Assembly: GCA_031425295.1 (NCBI GenBank)
Contig: JANPJB010000007.1
Coordinates: 1,459-65,458 of the forward strand
Reading direction: 5' to 3'
DNA: 64,000 nt
Source of the DNA: Flavobacterium sp.
GTDB taxonomy: Bacteria; Bacteroidota; Bacteroidia; Flavobacteriales; Flavobacteriaceae
The notes beneath the pieces were generated by a model. It did no database searches and was not told where the DNA came from. It saw only the letters and a program-made list of their open reading frames with translations. Positions within the stretch are counted from its first letter, which is position 1. Every line of letters begins with the position of its first letter. This document shows, one piece after another, positions 1 to 9,929 of the stretch. Position numbers and translations under genes: made by a program.

Positions 1-652
1 TCTGTGGTTGAAACTTTTCAAAAGATGTTAAAATCGATTTAACGCTCCAAATGAAAATCCCACCATTCCATAAAAAATTACCGCTTTCCAAAAATGATTT
101 CGCCGTTTCGTAATCAGGCTTTTCACGGAATTGGTTGACTTTTTTTATCGCATTGCCATCTGCCTTATCAAACTCGATGTAGCCAAAACCCGTGTTCGGA
201 AACGTCGGTTGGATTCCTAAAGTCATCAGCGCATTTTCACTGCTACAAAAATCAAAACATTGCTGCAGGTTTTTCGAAAACAAAGATTCATCCTCGATCC
301 AGTGATCGCTGGGTGCGACAACCATCACGGCATCAGGATTTTGTTTTTTGATCTTCATCGACGCATATAAAATGCATGGTGCCGTGTTGCGCATCGCGGG
401 TTCTAATAAAACCTGATCTTGCTTCACTAGAGGCAGCTGCGCTAAAACAATATCGTTGTATTTTTCGTTGGTCAATATTAGAATGTTTTCCGCCGGAATC
501 AGTTTCGATAGTCGGCTGAAGGTTTTTTGTATCAATGTCTCTCCGGCACCCAGCATATCGTGGAATTGTTTCGGGAATTCAGCGGTGCTGACAGGCCAGA
601 ATCGAGATCCGACACCACCAGCCATTAATATTGCGTAATAATTTTTATTCAT
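1..652 (-). CDS. manC: Mannose-1-phosphate guanylyltransferase (N-terminal part; runs off the window edge)
   Basis: Manual translation from ATG at 652: MNKNYYAILMAGGVGSRFWPVS...PKQF...LLEPAMRNTAPCI...VAPSDHWI...LGIQPTFPNTGFGYI; absent from the ORF track because it is truncated. Confidence 0.92.
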   Translation of the reverse strand, partial: MNKNYYAILMAGGVGSRFWPVSTAEFPKQFHDMLGAGETLIQKTFSRLSKLIPAENILILTNEKYNDIVLAQLPLVKQDQVLLEPAMRNTAPCILYASMKIKKQNPDAVMVVAPSDHWIEDESLFSKNLQQCFDFCSSENALMTLGIQPTFPNTGFGYIEFDKADGNAIKKVNQFREKPDYETAKSFLESGNFLWNGGIFIWSVKSILTSFEKFQPQ

Positions 653-750
653 TTTTTTGAGTTTCTGACCCGAGCAAGCTTTGCGATGCAAATTGAATGG
701 AGTATAGCGGAATAAGTTGCTGAGCCTGTGTTTAGTTGTTTAAAATTATT

Positions 751-1350
751 TTATGAATTGAGCAATTCGACCTCAGCATTCGGATTAAACAAGTACATTC
801 TTCCTGTACTCAGCTCAACACATTCATAGCGTTTGGTTCGCAAGGCTCCTTTTTGAAAAATTTTCCCGTTGTGAATTCGAAATCGACTCCCATAAGGGAT
901 TTCAAAGATATAATTTTTATCATTCTGTTGGTCGAACTGTTTTAACGCTAATGACAATGTCGCATCGACATCACTACTCGCCGTCGGGTTTTTGAAATGC
1001 CTTGCGAGCAAAGGCAACAACTGGGTCGGGAAAATCTCAGGACGGATAAACGGAACCATCATGCGCTGGAACGTATATTTCCATTCGCTTCCGTGTGGTT
1101 TGATATTTCTGCCGAATTTTTCAAAAGCGACCAAATGCGCGATTTCATGAATTAAAGTGATCAAGAATTTATACTTATTCAAACTCGAATTCACCGTAAT
1201 CTCATGCTTACCATTGACTGCTTTTCGGTAATCACCATGACGTGTCACCCGCTCGTTGACAATTTTAAGATGCACTTCGTTGGCAACTATGAGTGCAAAC
1301 GCGGGTTTTACAGCGTGCTCAGGAAGATATTTAGCTAAGGTTTCGTTCAT
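751..1350 (-). CDS. SprT-like zinc metalloprotease domain protein
   Basis: HEIAH zinc motif, RVTRHGDY and PHGSEWK motifs typical of SprT-like proteins. Confidence 0.85.
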   Translation of the reverse strand: MNETLAKYLPEHAVKPAFALIVANEVHLKIVNERVTRHGDYRKAVNGKHEITVNSSLNKYKFLITLIHEIAHLVAFEKFGRNIKPHGSEWKYTFQRMMVPFIRPEIFPTQLLPLLARHFKNPTASSDVDATLSLALKQFDQQNDKNYIFEIPYGSRFRIHNGKIFQKGALRTKRYECVELSTGRMYLFNPNAEVELLNS

Positions 1351-1422
1351 GGGAAGTTGTTGTTTTCGGTTGCCAGCTGTCAGTTAAATCCATCAACCAT
1401 CAACTAAAAACCTTCAACTAAA

Positions 1423-2100
1423 TTATGGCGTTGAGGAAGAAACTTGTAGCACCTTGCCATTATAAAATTGATTTCCCGTTAACGTGAAATTACAAATATA
1501 ACTTGCCATCTCAACGGCAGAAAGCGGTGCCTGATAACCCGGAAAAGCTTCTGCGAGCATTTCTGTTTGCACCGAACCCAATGCCAATACATTAAAAGCA
1601 ATACCGCGTTCTTTGTATTCTTCGGCTAACAATTCTGATAACGTAATCACAGCGCCTTTACTTGAAGAATAAGCAGCGAGTCCAGCAAATTTCGTACTGC
1701 CTTGAATGCCGCCCATCGAACTGATCGTAACCACATGACTGCCTTTTTGCAAGTACGGCAAAGCGATCCGTGTCAGCTGTGCCACAGCAAAAACATTCAC
1801 TTTATAAACCTGCTCAAAATCTGCCATTGTGGTTTCTGAGAAAGGCTTGAAAACCAACAAACCGGCATTATGAATAATGGCATCGACGCTATTCCAGGTT
1901 GTCGTAAGAAAATTTTCAATCAGAATGAAATCTTCTTCTCTGGCCAAATCAACCCCTAGGCAAGTAATGTTTGGATGTGAAATTAAGGTTTGCGGTGTTT
2001 TTCGTGACAGTGCTAAAACCTGATGTCCGGTGTTCGCAAATTGCAATGCCAATTCATAGCCAATACCGCGAGAGGTTCCTGTGATGATGATGTTTTTCAA
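1423..2100 (-). CDS. Short-chain dehydrogenase/reductase
   Basis: TGTSRGIG Rossmann motif, HNAG, catalytic YSSSK; likely TTG start at 2100 rather than 2157. Confidence 0.9.
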   Translation of the reverse strand: MKNIIITGTSRGIGYELALQFANTGHQVLALSRKTPQTLISHPNITCLGVDLAREEDFILIENFLTTTWNSVDAIIHNAGLLVFKPFSETTMADFEQVYKVNVFAVAQLTRIALPYLQKGSHVVTISSMGGIQGSTKFAGLAAYSSSKGAVITLSELLAEEYKERGIAFNVLALGSVQTEMLAEAFPGYQAPLSAVEMASYICNFTLTGNQFYNGKVLQVSSSTP

Positions 2101-2278
2101 AGCGCTTTTTTTTGTAAAAATAATAAAAAAAAGCATCCTTTTGAGCGGCGACGTCAACTTAAATAAAGCAGTAAAATATAAAAATTCCTAGCAACGTATA
2201 GATGAAGAACAGCAAAATTTCTAACCGATATTCTTCAACAAGCGACTTGAATTTTTCCATCAATTTTGATCCTTAAAA

Positions 2279-2596
2279 TCAGAAGAAAAAGAAGAACAAG
2301 ACTGCTAAGAATAAAAACGAAATCATACTGATGGTTTTGTACTTTGGGTTCTTTTCTTTCAAAAACAAAAAAGCGGAAAGTGCAAACATGCAATAGCACA
2401 TCAATGATGTGAGGCTTGGAACTCCTTGATAAAAAGTACGTGCCCATTGGGGCAATACCAATAATGTCTGCTGACTTAATCCGTTGGATGATAGTACTTC
2501 GAGGAAGTTATTTAGTGAATACACAAACAGCAAACTCAGCAATAGAAAGCAGCCAAGAAAAAAAATGACTATAATGATCCGAGTCTTTGCTTTCAT
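2279..2596 (-). CDS. Small hypothetical membrane protein (about 3 hydrophobic segments)
   Basis: 105-aa ORF with ATG start and three hydrophobic stretches. Confidence 0.6.
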   Translation of the reverse strand: MKAKTRIIIVIFFLGCFLLLSLLFVYSLNNFLEVLSSNGLSQQTLLVLPQWARTFYQGVPSLTSLMCYCMFALSAFLFLKEKNPKYKTISMISFLFLAVLFFFFF

Positions 2597-2774
2597 AAGA
2601 ATTTAAAATTCAAATACACCTACCAACATCACTATTGACCAACTATTACTTTCAAAAATTACCAGAACAATAATGATGTCAGTTGTGTGTATTCTGATTA
2701 CGTTTTGTTTTAATCCTTTGCTTTTCACATCCAAATTAGTGAGAAATCACGATACAGGAAGTAGAAAATTGACG

Positions 2775-2823
2775 GGTGTCATGAATTAATGAATAAGTGA
2801 TGGAAATCAGCAGATAAGTGTTT
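2775..2823 (-). promoter_or_regulatory. Three imperfect direct repeats at 21-bp period (LytTR-type operator candidate)
   Basis: + strand GGTGTCA (2775), AGTGATG (2796), AGTGTTT (2817), upstream of the 2596 start. Confidence 0.4.
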
Positions 2824-2841
2824 TTAGCTCCGGATTCATTT

Positions 2842-4500
2842 CTAGTCTTTAATCAATTTTTGGATGGTCGTGCCTTGAGTAGAAACAATTTTCATGATAT
2901 AAACACCATCCGATAAATCTGTTATATTGATTGTTATATCGGGAAGATTATCAAAGGTGCTTTGCTTTACGATTCTTCCATTAATATCGGTAATCGTTAC
3001 AGCGGAAATTCCTGTTTGAATGGTATTGGAAATCATAATTTCAGTAGTTGCTGGATTTGGATTGATAACAAAATCAGATTGGATAGGGTTATTAAAACTT
3101 AACGAACTACTATTCATTTTTTGAATATAGCCATCAAAAGCATTGCCAACAGGGAATAAAGTCGCCACGCCAACTCCTGGATCAAAATCAGTGTTGACGC
3201 CATAAATTCCGGCGCAATACAATTCGTTGGAAACATTCATTTCGAGACCCGTAACATAGTTTTGTGAATTTAGCATACTTGGAACCAGTTGACCGCCATA
3301 AACTCTATTGCCTCCATTACTATCTAAGGAACCCAAATAAATGGATGCGCCAAACGTGCTGTTTTGAATTCGTGCGGCATAATAAACATTGGTGTTGTAA
3401 ACCACATCTACAATTTCATCTTGATACGCTTCTCCAACTTTAACAGCCCAATTTAAAGCGTAATCGTTCGCCGATGAAGTGCTGTATGATGCTAAAAAAC
3501 CATCATAACCACCCCCTATAGATGTAAGGCTTGTAACGGAATCTCCTGCGTCAAAATCGGCAGTGCTACTGAATTTTCCACCAATCAAAATGGGGCTCAA
3601 ATTTTCTGATGATCTGTAGATTGCATTGGCAATATCATCAGTTGTCGATCCAAAAGTGAAAACCGCATTTGGTGCTGCTATACTGCCATCGGTACTATTT
3701 AGCGTGGCAACAAAAACGTCTTTAGCGCCTGCGGAAGCATATGTTGAACCCGAGCCAAAATCGATAGTTCCATAAAATCCCCCAACAATTACCGGGTTGG
3801 TATTTTGACCATGGATTGCGACATCGTTTGCTTCGTTATTCGATTGTATTCCGAATCTTTTTGCCCAATTAAAAGCAAACCAATCGGTATTGGTAACTGA
3901 AAATTTTAAGCAAAAAGCATCTGAATACGCCGAGTTTGTTATTGAAGTTTCACCAAATTGCAACGTTCCTGCAAACGAACCTACGATATAAAACGCCGTT
4001 TCTTCGTTGGAAAATGTTTTGTTAATTCCGTTGATTTCTAATACAACACCTTGATTAACATATTCTGGAGAACTTGCGTAAATAGTACCGTCAACACTAT
4101 TCAGCGCTTTCAAAGTAAAGGCATTGCCTGCTGTTTTTACAACAACATTCAACATGTTTTGCCCCAATGCATTGCAAAATGTTGCGACACTAATTTCTTC
4201 GTTACCGATGGCATTTGTGGTAAAAACCCAAATTAAATTCCCATTAGCATCATAGCGTGCTGCAAACCCATCGTTGCTTAAAGCTACTTTATTGTTTACA
4301 ACATCCGATGGGTCAAAATCGATAGTTCCAGAAAACGAGCCGACTATAAAAACACCTTGATTGTCAGTAGCCACTAGGTCTTTCATAATAACATTAGAGA
4401 TTCCATCGCCTCCGATACCTTTCGCCCATTCAAAGGCTTGTGCTTCTACTAAAGTGCTTAGAAAGCCTAGAAAAATTATTAGGGTGTATTTTTTTTTCAT
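2842..4500 (-). CDS. T9SS type A cargo protein with repeated beta-propeller-like units
   Basis: Signal peptide, recurring G.(I/A)DF(D/G)..D(G/A/V)F repeats, C-terminal NPNPAT...ITDINGRIVK...LSDGVYIMKI...KLIKD sorting domain. Confidence 0.85.
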   Translation of the reverse strand: MKKKYTLIIFLGFLSTLVEAQAFEWAKGIGGDGISNVIMKDLVATDNQGVFIVGSFSGTIDFDPSDVVNNKVALSNDGFAARYDANGNLIWVFTTNAIGNEEISVATFCNALGQNMLNVVVKTAGNAFTLKALNSVDGTIYASSPEYVNQGVVLEINGINKTFSNEETAFYIVGSFAGTLQFGETSITNSAYSDAFCLKFSVTNTDWFAFNWAKRFGIQSNNEANDVAIHGQNTNPVIVGGFYGTIDFGSGSTYASAGAKDVFVATLNSTDGSIAAPNAVFTFGSTTDDIANAIYRSSENLSPILIGGKFSSTADFDAGDSVTSLTSIGGGYDGFLASYSTSSANDYALNWAVKVGEAYQDEIVDVVYNTNVYYAARIQNSTFGASIYLGSLDSNGGNRVYGGQLVPSMLNSQNYVTGLEMNVSNELYCAGIYGVNTDFDPGVGVATLFPVGNAFDGYIQKMNSSSLSFNNPIQSDFVINPNPATTEIMISNTIQTGISAVTITDINGRIVKQSTFDNLPDITINITDLSDGVYIMKIVSTQGTTIQKLIKD

Positions 4501-4617
4501 CTCGAATTAATTTAATTTTTGATTACTTTTTTAGTCACTATGCCTTCGGCGAAAATAATTTTAATCAAACAGACACCATGCAATAAATCAGTGCCTTGCT
4601 GCATCTAAAAACTAAAA

Positions 4618-6102
4618 TTATTGTTTAATTACTTTTAGTGTTTTCACCGTTTCACCAGCAGTTACTTTTACCATATACGTTCCCGAAGTTAAATGTGACA
4701 TGTCAATTTGTGATTGGTTAGCATTGATTGATTTCGTAATAACTTCTTGTCCCAATAAATTAAATACAACCATATTAGAAATATTTTTGTCATAGGTTAA
4801 ATTCAATATGTCTTGAACTGGATTAGGATATGATTTGAACTTTTCACTTTCAAAAGAGATAGCATCCAGTGCACTAAATGAAGCTCTTATTCCGAAATAT
4901 CCAGGATCATTAGTATAAGGATTAGCAAGATAATAATTCCAAGCTCTTATAAACACTTGTTGATTTGGTGTCAAACCGCTTAATGATACTGTCGAAAAGT
5001 AATTGGTAGCACTAGTATCATCATTACACCCAATTTCTGTTAATGCGCCACAGGCGCCTGAATATACAGCAAGTATAGTATCACTTAAAGTCGAACCATT
5101 TACAGCAAACGTTTGAACCGTTAAATTACCCTGTGGTGAAGCAAAAGCATAATACCACAAATCATTCGCTCCTCTGCAACTGGCAGGTGCATTTGGATCT
5201 GTAGTTGCAGCAAGATTAGAATCTGTAACAAGCGTGCCTTGAGGCAAAAGTGTAGCCCCTGTACAAGCATCATTCACTGGCGCATTCTGATAGATCTTTA
5301 TTTTAAAAAACCCATCTCCTGCTCCTGAACCATACCTTCTAACTGCAATGTAAACCACTGAATAGGGCGGTAAATTTGTTACCACCACTCTTGAAAAATA
5401 ATCCGTTGTACTAATGTCATCATTACACGCAATTTCTGTCAATGCACCACATGTTCCCGTATAAACACTAACCACACTATCTGTAAAATTGGACCCCGGA
5501 ATAGCTAATGTTTCTATTGTAAAACTATCTGATATTACAGTGGCTTTATACCAAACATCATTCGTAGCATTACTTTGACAACTTGGCGTTAATCCAGCGG
5601 TTGAAGTTGCATTAACTGTAGATCCTTGAATCATAGGATTATTTGGGAGTATTTCAATTGCAGTTGCACACGTATCATTCTGTAATACAAATCCAGAACA
5701 AGCAACAGCTCTTGTAATTGGATTTGTGTTCCCACCACCACAAGATGAACCAAAAAATGTGTAAAAGTAAACTTCTCCCGTGAAAGAAGCCACCCAAGTT
5801 GTGGAGCCTGACCCAGAGGAAACAACCGAGGGCTGCCCATCATTTTCAACAATTGTAGCGGTTAAATTTGAAGTACTATTAGCATAAGTACGAAAGCTAT
5901 AAGTATTGCCAGCGATAACATTAACAACAGAAGCTTGGCTAATTTGACCACTACCGGTAAGGACATAAAATAAGCCATCTACGGGAGGTGTGAAAGCGGT
6001 GTTTGGTTGAAGACCATTGACGCCACTTAAACATTGTGCCTGACTCATTACCGTGAACAAAAGTGCAAAAGCATAAAAGGCATTTAAAGTATATTTTTTC
6101 AT
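4618..6102 (-). CDS. T9SS type A cargo protein with two tandem Cys-containing modules
   Basis: Signal peptide; duplicated ND(T/A)C..A / ND(V/L)WY / VY(T/S)G.CGALTEI.CNDD module; YPNPVQD...NLLGQEV...GTYMVKV...KVIKQ CTD. Confidence 0.85.
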   Translation of the reverse strand: MKKYTLNAFYAFALLFTVMSQAQCLSGVNGLQPNTAFTPPVDGLFYVLTGSGQISQASVVNVIAGNTYSFRTYANSTSNLTATIVENDGQPSVVSSGSGSTTWVASFTGEVYFYTFFGSSCGGGNTNPITRAVACSGFVLQNDTCATAIEILPNNPMIQGSTVNATSTAGLTPSCQSNATNDVWYKATVISDSFTIETLAIPGSNFTDSVVSVYTGTCGALTEIACNDDISTTDYFSRVVVTNLPPYSVVYIAVRRYGSGAGDGFFKIKIYQNAPVNDACTGATLLPQGTLVTDSNLAATTDPNAPASCRGANDLWYYAFASPQGNLTVQTFAVNGSTLSDTILAVYSGACGALTEIGCNDDTSATNYFSTVSLSGLTPNQQVFIRAWNYYLANPYTNDPGYFGIRASFSALDAISFESEKFKSYPNPVQDILNLTYDKNISNMVVFNLLGQEVITKSINANQSQIDMSHLTSGTYMVKVTAGETVKTLKVIKQ

Positions 6103-6124
6103 GTTTTTAAATTTAAAATAAACT

Positions 6125-6238
6125 CAAATTTACTGCGATTCAAAACCTTAGCTTTTTTTTTATATTCAATTGATATTGTTTCTTTATCCAGTGATGCTTT
6201 TTGTAAGATAACTGATTTTCATCTCCTTGTAAGTGATG
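6125..6238 (-). promoter_or_regulatory. Promoter of the 6102 gene: -7 box plus three 21-bp-periodic repeats
   Basis: TAAATTTG on minus strand (6132-6125); + strand AGTGATG (6190), ACTGATT (6211), AGTGATG (6232). Confidence 0.55.
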
Positions 6239-6296
6239 GCGTTTTTGTAGTCTATATTTTATAGATTGTTTACATTTACTTTATGAATTATTCGGC

Positions 6297-9182
6297 GTGA
6301 AAAAACTCCTGTTCTATTTTTGCTTCCTTTCCTGCCATCTTCTCGTGGCGCAAGATCCGTTTTGCATCAATTATACGACCACTGATGGCTTGCCTTCCGC
6401 AAATATTTACTCGATATATCAAGATGAAAAAGGTTTCTTATGGTTTACAACCGATGCCGGAATCGCCAAATATGACAGTCATTCTTTTGTGCTTTTCAAT
6501 ACTGATAACGGACTCTCGGACAACGAGGTTTTTCAGATGAAAAGAGATCATAAAGGCCGCGTCTGGCTTTTGACTTTAAATGGAAAAACAGCTTACATTT
6601 ATCGCGATAAAATCTACAACGAAACCAATTCTGATTTAGTCAAGAAAATTTCCGGATCGAGTTTGATGAGTGATTTCTATGAAGATGCTCAAAACAATAT
6701 TTACTTTTCATACCGCGATGGTGAAATAGCGATCGTAAAGCCGAACGACCAAGTGCTTGAAAAAGGCAAAGCAAAAATCCCGCATATCGGGCTTTGGAAA
6801 AACCAAAACAAATTATCTTTTCTAACTCCTTTGGGCATTTATGATGAAAACAACTTGCCGATTCATCCGCAACTGGCTTCCAATTACAACCGAGCGTATC
6901 ACATTCGAAACGAAAATTATGTAAGTCACAACAATGAATTGTTTCGGGTGGACATCAATAATCAATTGGAAAAAATTGTTGCGATTCCGGAAAAGACCGA
7001 AATTCTTCAAATGTATATTGAAAAAAACAAAATATGGATCTGCACTCGTAATGGCTTGTATCTAAAAGAAAAGCAAGGCCTCAAACGATATTTTGAAGAT
7101 GAAATCGTATCGAATGTTACCCGCGATTTTGAAGGCGGCTATTGGATTTCCACCTTAAAAAAAGGCGCCTACTATGTGCCGTCTTTTGCCGTTTTTGTCA
7201 ACAATATGAACGCCACAACACCAACCAAACTCAATTGCATCAGCATCAATGACGAAAAGGAAATCTGGGTTGGCGGCGAATTCAACAACTACTTCATCAA
7301 ACCGCACAACCAAAATTTTGTCAAGCAAACATTCTCATCCGAAAATCAACCCGATCAGATCAAATCGATTCGCTTTTTTAATGGCGATACCTATGTCGTA
7401 GGCAAAACCAAGGTTCTAAAAATCGACAATCATCAAAAAAAATCTTCTTTTGGTTTTGGTGCCAATGACATTTTGATAGATCAAACGGACTTATTTATTG
7501 CCTACAATCTGACTTTTAAAGTGGCGCTGAAAAATCTCACAAAAGTTATTGAAGAAAAAAAAATAGGGCCACACCTGCTGCTTTCTAAAAGAGCCTCCGT
7601 ATTTGAAAAAGATTCAAAAAACAATACCTGGATTGGAACCAACAATGGCCTTTACCAATACAATCGCAAAGATTCGATTACGAATTGGAGTACAAAATCC
7701 GACTACCTGCAAACTTCCATTCAGGATTTATACTTTGACAATCTCACACAAACTTTGCTGGTAGCATCCAATTCAAAAGGAATCATTACCGTTAAAGAGG
7801 ATCAAACCATTCGTCAGATTTCAAGAAAAAATGGTCTCAACAGCATCACCTGCAATACGATTAAAAAAACTGCAAACGATTATTATTTGGTAGGTTCAAA
7901 CAACGGATTGAATTCGATTTTCTTCAAAAATAATTCCTATACCATCAAAAACCTCAATCCTATTTTAGGCTTGAAAAACAAAAAAATCAACGACATCGGC
8001 TTTCTTGACGACGTTGTTTATCTTGCTACTGATAATGGCTTGCTGTATTTCAACATCAAAAATATTGAACGCAAAAACAGCCAGCCAAAATGCCTCATCG
8101 AAAACCTTAAAAACCAAAATGGCGTTGTTCTGCAACAGCAACCTTATCAGTTTCATTATAGTAACAACGACGTCAGCATCAACTATACCGGGATTTCTTA
8201 TATCAATCAGAACAACCTGACTTATTATTACAAACTCGACGGACAAAGTGAGCACTGGTCTAAAACCAACGAATCGCAAATCAATTACAAATCGCTCGCA
8301 CCAAAGCAATATACATTCTCTGTTTATTGCATGGATGGTTATGGTGTAAAAAGCAATACGGCTGTAATTTCATTCGAAATCCTCGCGCCCTTCTGGCAGA
8401 AAACCTGGTTTATACTTTTGAGTATCGTATTGATCTCATTGCTGATTTACGCATTCATTCAATACCGACTCAAACAGCAGCAAAAACTATTTGAGATTGA
8501 AAAAACTTCCATCCAGTTCGAGCGTGACAAAGCGAATCTAGACAAACAGATGACTGATCTCGAACAAAAAGCGTTGCGTCAGCAAATGAATCCGCATTTT
8601 ATTTTTAATGCGCTCAATACGATTAAGGGCTATTATTCTGAAGGCGATGCGGTCAATGCGAGTACTTATATTTCGAGATTTTCAAAACTGTTGCGGATGC
8701 TTCTGGAAAATGCCGACCAATCGATCTCGCTCGCCAATGAAATCGAAATGCTACGATTGTATATTGAACTCACCAAAATCCGTTATAAAAATAAGTTCGA
8801 ATACGCACTGTTTGTCGCCGAGGAATTGAATGTGAATGACCTTTTGATTCCGACTTTGCTGCTGCAGCCGATTGTTGAGAATGCGATTATTCACGGACTT
8901 GCACCTAAAAGTGAAAAGGGCTTGTTGAAAATTTCATTCCTAAGAAAAGTAAACCAACTCGAATGTCATGTAGAAGACAATGGTATTGGTAGAGAAGCTT
9001 CCAAGAAAAAACAAAAACATAAAGAATACGAATCGAAAGCGCTTGAAATCACCACGGAAAGAATCGCGCTTTTCAGTAAAGGCATCGGACCATCAACGTT
9101 TGAAATCATCGATTTAATGTCAGATGGAAAAGCCTCAGGAACCAAAGTCATAGTAACCATCCCACTAATATCAATCTGGTAA
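6297..9182 (+). CDS. LytS-type sensor histidine kinase with periplasmic beta-propeller and Y_Y_Y domain
   Basis: Propeller repeats (GLPSAN, GLSDN), L..K.YTF.V module, TM helix, QMNPHFIFNALN H-box, LLQPIVENAIIHG, EDNGIG. Confidence 0.92.
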   Translation: MKKLLFYFCFLSCHLLVAQDPFCINYTTTDGLPSANIYSIYQDEKGFLWFTTDAGIAKYDSHSFVLFNTDNGLSDNEVFQMKRDHKGRVWLLTLNGKTAYIYRDKIYNETNSDLVKKISGSSLMSDFYEDAQNNIYFSYRDGEIAIVKPNDQVLEKGKAKIPHIGLWKNQNKLSFLTPLGIYDENNLPIHPQLASNYNRAYHIRNENYVSHNNELFRVDINNQLEKIVAIPEKTEILQMYIEKNKIWICTRNGLYLKEKQGLKRYFEDEIVSNVTRDFEGGYWISTLKKGAYYVPSFAVFVNNMNATTPTKLNCISINDEKEIWVGGEFNNYFIKPHNQNFVKQTFSSENQPDQIKSIRFFNGDTYVVGKTKVLKIDNHQKKSSFGFGANDILIDQTDLFIAYNLTFKVALKNLTKVIEEKKIGPHLLLSKRASVFEKDSKNNTWIGTNNGLYQYNRKDSITNWSTKSDYLQTSIQDLYFDNLTQTLLVASNSKGIITVKEDQTIRQISRKNGLNSITCNTIKKTANDYYLVGSNNGLNSIFFKNNSYTIKNLNPILGLKNKKINDIGFLDDVVYLATDNGLLYFNIKNIERKNSQPKCLIENLKNQNGVVLQQQPYQFHYSNNDVSINYTGISYINQNNLTYYYKLDGQSEHWSKTNESQINYKSLAPKQYTFSVYCMDGYGVKSNTAVISFEILAPFWQKTWFILLSIVLISLLIYAFIQYRLKQQQKLFEIEKTSIQFERDKANLDKQMTDLEQKALRQQMNPHFIFNALNTIKGYYSEGDAVNASTYISRFSKLLRMLLENADQSISLANEIEMLRLYIELTKIRYKNKFEYALFVAEELNVNDLLIPTLLLQPIVENAIIHGLAPKSEKGLLKISFLRKVNQLECHVEDNGIGREASKKKQKHKEYESKALEITTERIALFSKGIGPSTFEIIDLMSDGKASGTKVIVTIPLISIW

Positions 9183-9928
9183 TGAAAGTTTTAATTATAG
9201 AAGATGAAGACCAATCGATTTCTGCTTTAAAGTCGGAAATCGCCATGCACTGCAAACATCTTCAAATATCAGGAGTCGCTAAATCCGTAAAAGAAGGCAT
9301 TGAAAAAGTCAAATCGTTGCAACCTGAACTTGTTTTTTTAGACATCCAATTGTCGGATGGATTGGGATTTGAAGTCCTATCTTATTTTAAGGACGCGCTG
9401 TTCTTTCACGTTATTTTCACGACCGCTTACAGTCAATACGCCATTAAAGCGATTAAATTCAGTGCACTCGATTATTTGCTCAAACCCATTGATTCTGAAG
9501 AATTGGTTTTGGCGGTCAACAAAGCGATTAAAAATTCTGATAAAGAATCGGCTGCCAAAATCGAGAATTTATTGCACAACCAGAATGTGTCGCAAATCAG
9601 AAAAAGAATCGTGCTGCAAACTTCGGAAGGGTTATCCGTTTTTGAAATCGACACCATTTTAAAATGCTCGTCGGAAAGCAATTATACTTGTCTTTATCTG
9701 ACAACCGGCAAAAAAGTATTGTTCTCGAAAACGCTCAAGGAATTTGAAGAATTACTTTGCAGTAGTGGGTTTGAGCGCATTCACAATTCGCACATTATTA
9801 ACCTGAATCATCTGATCAGTTTCGTGAATAAAGACGGCGGTTATGTGATTTTATCAGATAAAAGCACGTTGCCTGTATCACAAAGAAAGAAAGCGAATTT
9901 GATTGCCGCTTTGGGGAATTTGAGTTAA
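9182..9928 (+). CDS. LytTR-family response regulator
   Basis: Receiver (LIIEDE, FLDIQL, FTTAY, YLLKP) plus LytTR domain (SNYT, FERIHNSHIINL, LPVSQRKK); overlaps the kinase stop. Confidence 0.95.
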   Translation: MKVLIIEDEDQSISALKSEIAMHCKHLQISGVAKSVKEGIEKVKSLQPELVFLDIQLSDGLGFEVLSYFKDALFFHVIFTTAYSQYAIKAIKFSALDYLLKPIDSEELVLAVNKAIKNSDKESAAKIENLLHNQNVSQIRKRIVLQTSEGLSVFEIDTILKCSSESNYTCLYLTTGKKVLFSKTLKEFEELLCSSGFERIHNSHIINLNHLISFVNKDGGYVILSDKSTLPVSQRKKANLIAALGNLS

Positions 9929-9929
9929 A

